Assembly (NCBI GenBank): GCA_910592345.1
Contig: CAJVPI010000034.1
Location: 53,495 to 73,494, forward strand
Direction of reading: 5' to 3'
DNA length: 20,000 bases
Origin: Paraglomus brasilianum
Taxonomy: Eukaryota
Below, piece after piece: positions 1 through 8,581 of this stretch. A program made the translations under genes and the position numbers. The notes beneath the pieces were generated by a model. That model was not told the DNA's origin and ran no database searches. It saw only the letters and a program-made list of their open reading frames with translations. Position 1 is the first letter of the stretch. Every line of letters starts with the position of its first letter.

Positions 1-1686
1 ATACAAGCCATAACACATTTAACGCACGTGTTAGAAATATATCCCAACAGTTATTCAGCGAAATGTGATAGAGCAGAAGCTTACATGAACATCAACGAAT
101 TAGATAAAGCAAAGGAAGATCTCACTGCTGCTATAACACATAACCCAAAGAAATCACAAGCGTGGAGCAAACGAGGAGAACTATTCTATCGACGGGCAAG
201 ATATGATGAGGCATTAGTTGATTTAGCAAAAGCACTGAAATTAGAATCAAAGAATGTCTATGCTCTATGTACTAGAGCAAACGTGTATCATAAATTAGGT
301 AATCAAAAGAAAGCACTAACAGATCTCAACTTAGTATTACAATGCGAACCGAACAATGTAGTAGCATTACGGTCAAGAGGAGAATCGCATTGTCACCTCA
401 AAGAGTACAATGAAGCTCTCCAAGATCTAACTAGGGCATTAGAAATAGAACCAGACGACGTACAAGCATTAACAAACAGAGGAGATGTCTATTGCAATAT
501 GGACAAATATGCCGAAGCAGTGTCAGATTTTGATAGAGCACTCGATATTAAGCCGGATTACGCACTAGCGTTGATGAAGAGAGGAGATGCATATCGAAGG
601 TTACAACGATATGAAGATGCACTGCGCGACCTGAATAGATCACTATTCCTTGAACCGAATAACGCATTTACGCTAAAGAACAGAGGAGATGTTTTCAGAA
701 TGTATAACAGATATGAGGAAGCATTGGCTGATCTCAATGCTGCAGCAGAGATCGATTCCAATGATCCATTTATCCTCAGTGCTCGCGGAGACATATATCG
801 TACATTAGGGAGATATGAAGAAGCATTAACCGATTTAAACAAATCAATCGACGCAGAGAGTAACGACGCTGCAACCTTAATCAGTCGTGCGATTGTGTTT
901 CAAAAGACGAACAGATATGAAGAAGCATTGTCTGATTTAAATCGTGCCCTGGAAATGCAGCCAAATGATCCGCATACTCTGTCCATTCGAGCTGATGTAT
1001 ACTTTAATTTGGGTCAATATTATGAAGGCTTGGTCGACGCTGATGAAGCATTGGAAAGTAAGCCAGATGACGTTTGGATATTGACAATTAGAGGAAGAAT
1101 CTATCTTGCTCTCAATCGTAAAGAGGAAGCATTGCTGGATATCAACAAAGCTCTTCGACTTGAACCGGATAATTCATTGACATTGTGTTTCAGAGGAGAA
1201 ATATACCATTCATTATATCGGTTTGATGATGCAATAAACGATCTCAACAGATCGTTGAAACTTCAATCCGATCAATGGATATCGTTAATAGGACGCGGGG
1301 CTGTCTATCGGTCAATGAAGTCATTCAGTCAAGCACTTGATGATCTGAATCTAGCGCTTTCGTATACTCCAACCACTAGAGCTGAAGAACGATATATAAC
1401 AAAGGCGCTTCGAAATAGAGGGGCAGTATATAGGGAACTTGGTCTATTAAATGAGGCATTGAACGATTTGGATACAGCTATTGAACGTGAACCCGAGAAT
1501 CTATTTGCGTTGTGTGAAAGGGGAGTTTTGTATAGATTGGCGGAAAAATATGATGATGCTTTGTGTGATTTAGATCATGTGCTACAACTTGATCCATATA
1601 ATCCATTTGCACTGAATGAGAGGGAAGAAGTTATCAAAACAAAATTAACCAAAACTCTCCGGAGACCTTCACTTTCACCGAGGTAA
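1..1686 (+). CDS. Multi-TPR repeat protein, 5'-partial (long final exon; frame is open from base 1)
   Basis: Frame 1 is open from position 1 (IQAITHLTHVLEIYP...). The ORF-track start at 28 is a GTG, not a real start. There are about 15 consecutive 34-aa TPRs with consensus EPnnafaL.nRG.vY..l.rYeEAL.DLnrALel, one carrying a 7-aa insert (TPTTRAEERYITKAL). Stop TAA at 1684-1686. Confidence 0.93.
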   Translation: MQAITHLTHVLEIYPNSYSAKCDRAEAYMNINELDKAKEDLTAAITHNPKKSQAWSKRGELFYRRARYDEALVDLAKALKLESKNVYALCTRANVYHKLGNQKKALTDLNLVLQCEPNNVVALRSRGESHCHLKEYNEALQDLTRALEIEPDDVQALTNRGDVYCNMDKYAEAVSDFDRALDIKPDYALALMKRGDAYRRLQRYEDALRDLNRSLFLEPNNAFTLKNRGDVFRMYNRYEEALADLNAAAEIDSNDPFILSARGDIYRTLGRYEEALTDLNKSIDAESNDAATLISRAIVFQKTNRYEEALSDLNRALEMQPNDPHTLSIRADVYFNLGQYYEGLVDADEALESKPDDVWILTIRGRIYLALNRKEEALLDINKALRLEPDNSLTLCFRGEIYHSLYRFDDAINDLNRSLKLQSDQWISLIGRGAVYRSMKSFSQALDDLNLALSYTPTTRAEERYITKALRNRGAVYRELGLLNEALNDLDTAIEREPENLFALCERGVLYRLAEKYDDALCDLDHVLQLDPYNPFALNEREEVIKTKLTKTLRRPSLSPR

Positions 1687-2454
1687 TTGATCACTACGCT
1701 CTTTTTGAATAATCTCGTATAACGATTATTTGACAAAATTGCAGAACCCAAAAAATTACTATTTGTAGTTAGTCAGGTTGATTAGTCATTTTAATTGTAG
1801 AATATGACGTATTTATTATCAGTATGAAGTGGGCTTGAAGATGTATATACACGATGAGTAAATTGTATACAATACATGTTCATTGGTTCGTTCCGTTTAC
1901 TAGTGGGGAGGATTTGAAACGTAGTGCCACAAATAGGACTGTCACCGCATTGGGCAATTTGGCTCCCTGTCATCTGCGGGTTGAATAACAAATATGCATA
2001 ATTCGTTATTGTTATCACCAATTTTCTGCAAAACATGCGATTCATCATAATAATAATTGAATGTGTGGTGCAATGCATCTCACCCTTGTCTCTGATGTCA
2101 CAATCGAAATTACGTTATCTTATTGGTCACAAGAAGCTATTTATAAGACAATGACAACATAAACATGTGACATTAACTATTAATTTTGTAACCGCAAATA
2201 TTTTGATGCTGCTAAAGCTTTAAATATTCGATAAAATTACTTGACCGCAGCACTTAATTATTTGATATTTACCAATCCTTCCTTCACTTAACTCACACCA
2301 TTGCTTTCTGACCGTCGTAAACTTGTTTGTGCTGAATTAAATACAAATACAACGAATCCTCTCTAAATGCAATGCATCGGGACCATATGGCCAAACATGA
2401 CATGCATTTACAGAGGGTTTGAGATTCATATATCAAATATAATGTACAGCAAGT

Positions 2455-3594
2455 TTAATACAGCTTCAAGTGCCCCGTTACTTGATCGATCACTGCACTT
2501 GGCCCTATGAACGACCGATACAGAATCAGCATATTCAGAATGACGAATTATAAAGTTTGTTATTACAATTTACTGGGAAAGCAATTGAAGGAAAAAGCCC
2601 TTTCTTAAATTAATTTACATATTCCCCCCGTTACGTTATTAAACCCGAATTAACCCATTATTTAATCTTTCCCAGTTACCAACTCACCTGGCCCTATTCC
2701 TAACACTGTCATGGATCCAGAAGAAATCTGTGTGCGACCAGCATCTTGGATTATTTCTGCACATAGATTCAGGCGGCATGCTGTTTTTTCTAATTCGAGA
2801 CTAAGCAGTGAGAAAAATTGGCAGACTATAAATATACAAGATATATCCTCATATAATAATGTCGGGAAAAAGGAAACAATGCTTACGTACAGTTCATCCC
2901 GACCATTTGCTCTCAATGTAATCTTTGGTTGGCCCGAATACTCCCAAGCACGTAGAAGCTTGATGTTTTAAAAGCAATAAAAACGTTAAGGCATTGTTTT
3001 CTATAGCAAATATAAAGCACAACTTTGTTATAAATACCTTTGGATTTGTTGCAGATAGCCGCTTGTAGCATGCCAATGTCGCATGAGAGCACTAGATAGC
3101 GACACATACGCGCACGACAGCAAACGAAGAAATAATAAATGATAACGTCAAAATTGGCATGCAAGTGGAATTTCCATATTGTACGCACCTGGGCAGCCGC
3201 TTTCCCTTTTGTCATCCCGAGATCGTTTCTCACAACCAGAACCTGGACGGGTAATGATTAATGTCGACACTTGCTAATCGCTTACCAAAATCATTGTTTT
3301 CTTCTCTACCCCTCTGATCTCAACCAACCAGTTTAAAGTCGTCATACTTCTCGGCATCCAACACCCCTCGTGAATTTGATACTGGTGTATCTTCAAAGGC
3401 TTTTTTACTCGCATCTGATACATCATTTTTGCTAACCTAAAGTTGTAAAATCTTAACAAGTGCGATGTTAGAATTCAACGTGATCGTAAGACACTTACAC
3501 GTCCGCTTTTCGAAGACTCGATGTAGCGTCCTAATTTATAGCCTACATAGAGCGCACATGTTGTCACGATCAAGAGTGTTGTGATTGGAATCAT
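2455..3594 (-). CDS. PTH2: Peptidyl-tRNA hydrolase 2 (Pth2/BIT1 family), 7 exons, 180 aa
   Basis: Exons 3594-3499, 3436-3329, 3242-3189, 3091-3038, 2958-2891, 2800-2688, 2504-2455. All introns are GT..AG and phase-consistent, total 543 nt. The protein has an N-terminal hydrophobic anchor (MIPITTLLIVTTCALYVGYKLG) and the Pth2 motifs KLVLVVRNDLGMTKGKAAAQCSHA, WEYSGQPKITL, IQDAGRTQI, TVLGIGPGP and IDQVTGHLKLY*. Confidence 0.95.
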
Positions 3595-4668
3595 TCGTAT
3601 TAATAAGTTTGATTCTTTAAAGTTGTGTTACCGTGTGAGCTAAAATGTCAAAGGTCACATGGATGTTCATTCGTACCACATTCCACTGAAAAAAAGATCT
3701 TACATTAACGAAGTGCTAAAGAAAAAATATTCAAAAAAGATTGAACATTACCGTCATCCGCGCTAAAGAATTAGCTTAGCTTTATGGTAGAACTATTATA
3801 AAATAAATATTCATATGCAGATTAATACTAATACGATGATGAATCAAATCAATGTACCAGTTCCATCAGTTTTTTTTTTCTTACTAAATAGATTGAACTA
3901 GTAAGGTCAATTTTTTCTAGGTTTATCACATATTTCCCTCTTTCAGGGAAATATTTGGTATGATCGATATATATTCTTTTCGTCACACATTGCTAAAAAA
4001 AGCGGGTGTTTTTTGTACAATTTTATTTACAAAATCAAACGGTTAAAAAGGATCAGCACTCTGATCTTATTATTATGTTTCTTTACCGACTTTTCGAGCC
4101 GTTCGTTGGTACAGCCCCATATTTGTAATAATTTAGCAATGATTTGCATCATTTCGTATATAGCATTTCCGCTTTTTTTTTCCCTATCAAGACAACGACA
4201 TAGGGTAAAGCTGCTAGTTGACGTAATAGCACATTGTACACTCTTGATACATATGGCAGGAGTGGAAAATGATCATAATAATATCTCTCTTCATTACCGT
4301 AAGCTTCGATTAACATCGATCTGTAAATCGACTTTTGATATAAAATGTTACAGTCAGATGGTCTGGGGTTTGGGATAGGGAGAGCGATTAATCTTTCGCG
4401 TAGGGGTGTTCTTCCGACCGGGGGATGTTACCAGATTAGCTTCATGCTACCGCGCTTCTCAAGCTTCAAATCGCTCATGATTCCAAACGAGGGTACCCAC
4501 AATAAAATAACAACAATTATTCTACTGCGGAATCGAAGGGGAATAAATTCTATTTAATATTAGTCGGATTCCGTCACTTGTCTCAAACTAAACAATTTTT
4601 GTTTCAATAAATAATTATTGGCTCTCGTTCCTCAATTAAGAAAGAGTAACAGATCAACGGACAACTTA

Positions 4669-4721
4669 TACAGCTTAAATGAGCCGTTTATGGACGTTTA
4701 CAGCTTGAGTGAGCCGTTTAT
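4669..4721. repeat. Two-copy direct repeat, period 30 bp
   Basis: TACAGCTTAAATGAGCCGTTTAT (4669-4691) and TACAGCTTGAGTGAGCCGTTTAT (4699-4721), 21/23 identical. Confidence 0.8.
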
Positions 4722-4933
4722 TGGTGTGTCCGGTCAAATAATTAACATTTTGACAATGAAAGAAAGTAAAGTTTCGATTTCAAAGGGAATCGTTTATTAT
4801 TATTCCATGGAGTGGGAATTATTGTTCTAATAACTTGAACAATATTTTATAACATGAACAGTATTTACAACATATAAAAATTAACAACATGAGAATTCGA
4901 CAACGGAATAAGGGTCGCTTATATACCTTTAGC

Positions 4934-5111
4934 GACACTCAAAAATCGAAACGGAGTTAAAAAATAATTAAACAATCGTAATTTCTATGAACAACTAATC
5001 ATATTCTAAGTTGGCTATTTGCGTTTGTGCTGACACGCAAAAATCGAAACATTTTCTGCGCCTGACACTCAAAATTCGACACGATGCATCTGACACTGAA
5101 ATTGCCGACAC
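4934..5111 (+). repeat. Four dispersed copies of a ~19-bp motif (possible transposon subterminal repeats)
   Basis: GACACTCAAAAATCGAAAC (4934), GACACGCAAAAATCGAAAC (5032), GACACTCAAAATTCGACAC (5064), GACACTGAAATTGCCGACAC (5092). Confidence 0.65.
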
Positions 5112-6088
5112 CGTACCATTCTAAAATTAACGTGGGATTTTGCTTGACTGCGGAGGAAGATTTACCATATGACTCACTTATCATCAGATCGGCTTGCCGT
5201 AACAAAAATTAGAATTTCTCTCAACTTCCCTTATGGAATGATCTACTAAATAAACGTGCCAGTCGTTGAGAGAAGACATCCATAAAGAAACAGAATTTTC
5301 TCGACTCGTAAATGAAAGGGAAGAGGACTTTATCATAATGCCATCCGTAGCAGTTAAAATCTCATGAAGTTCGCGGAGAAATATTTGGTAATTACAATAC
5401 GCTATACACCATGTGATACGTGAACAGGAAACTGTTAAACGGTGAGATAAAGCCTCCGAAATCTGTAGCTTCAATAAATAAGAGTATAATAAAGTTAGCG
5501 AAATTCATGAAAGGATCGTTAGACTCTATCGTTAATAGTCATGGTTAAGTTGTCGGTCTGCAAGTATTGATTCATGTAAATTATCGTAACTTTACTGATG
5601 TTTGAATGCCGAACCAATTACGTGTAGATGCAAATCCAACAGGAAGCAAAACCAAACTTTTGACGGTTTATACCGTCATAATATGTTATCGAGAATATGA
5701 ATTTCTTAAATACAGTACCAAACGAGTTGTTTTGCAGTTTGATCACTAATTACTGTATTTGTCTATATAGGAAAAGTAGGATTTACCATTATTATCTCAA
5801 TTTCCTTCAATTTTAACTAGTTGATCAAATTATTATTGTTGTTGTTGTCGTTAAAAAGGGTTATTATATATAGAATAGACAACCAGAGCACTGCACCATA
5901 CGATCAAAACCCAATACGTAATCGAAACATGTCACTAGATTATACGATTAGAGAGCGTCCAGAATTTATTGAGCTATTTACAACAATTGAATAAATAATC
6001 AGGGAAAAAAGATTTTTCAAATAAGAAAAAGGAATGCTTTATGTAAAAATAATACAGTAAATGGCTTAATTAAATTTTGTCACGTGAT

Positions 6089-6138
6089 TCTCGATAAGTC
6101 GCAGCCCAAATTTTTCGCCGGCTTATCGAGACTAACTG
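6089..6138. mobile_element. Isolated pogo/Tigger-like transposon end with internal palindrome
   Basis: Inverted pair TCTCGATAAGTCG (6089-6101) / CGGCTTATCGAGA (6119-6131), 12/13 match. The reverse complement of the end reads CAGTTAGTCTCGATAAG, matching the CAGT-n4-CTCGATA style of pogo-family TIRs. Confidence 0.45.
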
Positions 6139-6154
6139 TGTGCACCAATACTTA

Positions 6155-6583
6155 CAGTCCCGGGAAAAACAATGGTGGAGCTTATTAAATGCAATTTCCA
6201 CAAATAAGTTAAACTTTTGGCAGTAACTAATGTTGTTCACGATAACAAATTCTACTTGTAATAAAGAGTGATAAATTTCACTAAAGAATGATAAATTTCA
6301 CAAAAATTTTCAACATTTTTTTGGCATTTAACTTTTATGCAAGAAAAAAGTCTTGGTTTTGTCAAGGGCATGGTATAATAAAAATATTGATTCAATAGCT
6401 CTAAATTGTTAAAAAAAAGTTGCAAATAAGGTAGCATTTGTTATTGTAAATAGTTTTATTTAGTACTGGAAGATTGTAAAAAAGATGTCTGACATATGGC
6501 TTTATCAAGCTATAACTTGTTCGCCTGCTAAATTTTTAAAATTTAAAATTAATATTATGCCATTATTTTTTTTTCCTGGACCG
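6155..6583. mobile_element. Non-autonomous Tc1/mariner-type MITE (~430 bp)
   Basis: Left end TA|CAGTCCCGGGAAAAACAATGG. Right end, reverse-complemented, TA|CGGTCCAGG(A)nTAATGG. TA dinucleotides flank both ends (6153-6154, 6584-6585). The interior is very AT-rich and non-coding. Confidence 0.6.
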
Positions 6584-6655
6584 TAAAGTTTAATTATTGA
6601 TCGTTAGACATATTAATCACGTAATATAGTTTTATGCAGAAGTTATATTATTATT

Positions 6656-7444
6656 ATGCTAGAAGATAATGAAAATCAGGAAGACGCGTTGCCTGTTATT
6701 TCTGTTAAAGAAGGATTGGAAGCCCTACATATCTATGCCATTTTGTTGCAACAACCTAGGGACTGTTTTGATGATGATAAAAAGTTGACCAATGTAAAGA
6801 TATTCTTGTTGATATTTCGGATCGAATATCGATTATCCAACGTTCACGAAGGAGGTCTCCCTTGTGGGTTCTCATAGTTGCTATACTGCTCACCTTACCA
6901 TTTGACAACGAAAACTTCCTAGAGCTCCAGCTGGTCAGGAACCTAACTCACGTATCCAACAATAGTTGCAAAGATTCGTCGGGACGGTACAATGGAAATC
7001 CCCTGTGGCACGCGCCTCTTTATTATAGTACATTAGAATTTCTTATCGAACATTGTAGTATAAGTCATCTGCATAACGACAGGAAACTTCAATCTATAAT
7101 ATTCGCGTTTTTGGATAATAATAATCTCTCTTTGGGTCACAAATTTGTCATCAATAATAGTAGTAGGTTTACGAGTGGAGGTATCCTATTTTCATACTAT
7201 AGGACCTCCGATTACTGGTCCATCTTGATGTTTATCTCTATTTCCCCCTTTGCGCGGCACTATTGCTTTCAAGTCTTTCTATTACAAGTAAAACGTTATA
7301 AGAAAGTCGTCGGGTCGGTCCGAATACTCTCTTATAATGAGCAATTTCTTATGACGAGAGTCATTAGTTAGAGGATGTTAAATAAAATCTTTCTTGTGGC
7401 CATATTTCTTATATCGAAGGTTTCTATAACGGGTTTTATTTGTA
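6656..7444 (+). mobile_element. Decayed pogo/Tigger (CENP-B family) transposon, 3' portion
   Basis: ORF 6656 begins EDNENQEDALPVISVKEGLEALHIYAILLQQ, resembling the acidic C-terminal tail of Tigger-type transposases. CTTATAACGA-like subterminal motifs repeat at about 7330, 7347 and 7408. A degenerate right TIR ...CTATAACGGGTTTTATTTG|TA ends at 7442-7444. Confidence 0.5.
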
Positions 7445-8581
7445 TTATGAGACCAAAGTTGCAATGCCTCACATTGCACAACAGCAAATAAAACATAAAA
7501 AGTCTTCGAGAATCTTAGCTGATTAATCGTAATGAGTTAATCTATTATTCTATGAAACAGAGTTACGTGAGTAGTTTACAATGCATAACTCCAAAAATAC
7601 TTGTTTTATAGGACTGGGAACGATAATCCCATCGCATGCCATTGAAAGATGATCCAGAAAGATGTCAGTCTTGTCACAGAAACAAAAGCTCGCAATTAAG
7701 TCTAACCAAATATTACTATCGAAAGGTTGTTACATCTAAACTCCGGAAGTTGATATTTAATATAGTAATGCGGGTTAGGGAGCACCATTAATTTATCAAT
7801 TCTATAGAGAATTCGACAGGGCAGCAGCAGTACTGAGAATGTGGTCATGACAAGAACCAGGGGCTAAGCATCAAGTTGTTCGGAAACTAAAAACTGCATA
7901 GTCAATACGTACATTAATTTGCAATCATTAGCCTAAATTATGCGATCAGGAAGCAGTCATGATTGACCGGATGTTAAACGTATGAGCTTATGAAGCATGG
8001 CCTTCGCCTATGAAAATGGTATATTAGCAACGAACTATGATGTCTGCTGCTTGCTTGAAACATATCATCTTTACATATATTCATACTCAACGAATTACAT
8101 TACAGAATCGTGCAAGTTCTTGCTGAAATGTACGACACTGTTGAAAGTTACGGTGAATTAATTGTCGACAGCGAAGACGATTAAAGCAAGCCTTCACCCG
8201 CTTGTAGTTGTATATGCTATTCGCGTCTAAGGGCGAACATTCTCTGGTCTAAAACGGTTTGGTGGTTTATGCATTATTTGATAGATTTTCTTAATGTGAT
8301 GCACTATACAATTACAATGAAGAAGAAAAAAAATATACAATGGCTTAGCAACGTAAGCACAAAGATTGTACTCTGAACAGCATCCATAAAAATCAACTAT
8401 TTCTGGAAAGATTCTCAGTGACTATCGAACGTGGTTATTGCCGAGCGACTTTTACAATTTTCACCAACATAAAATACGCATCCTTGTCATTCCAGAAAGG
8501 CGACTTTAAATACAAGCACAATTATTGTGCACTCAGAGTGTTCATTATTCTCCTCATCATCAGACCTTTTCAAAAGGAAAT

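Noticed and set aside
558..842. Minus-strand 94-aa ORF
   Set aside because: Antisense shadow of the TPR coding sequence.
1791..2078. Minus-strand 95-aa ORF and slightly GC-richer patch between the convergent TPR and PTH2 genes
   Set aside because: No recognisable motif or splice structure; most likely 3' UTR or intergenic.
2711..3459. Several short ORFs overlapping PTH2
   Set aside because: Antisense, or exon-intron read-through pieces of the spliced PTH2 gene.
4013..4557. ORFs of 121 and 70 aa; ATCTTTCGCG resembling the U4 snRNA 5' end
   Set aside because: Low-information peptides with no recognisable motif (the 121-aa ORF starts at TTG); downstream U4 features are absent.
4934..5111. CRISPR-like interpretation of the spaced repeats
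   Set aside because: Repeats are short, degenerate and irregularly spaced; eukaryotic context with no cas genes.
6862..7371. 169-aa ORF
   Set aside because: TTG start, no motif, and it runs through transposon subterminal sequence; likely chance.
7773..7780. GGTTAGGG telomere-like/template-like word
   Set aside because: A single short unit, expected by chance, with no supporting structure.
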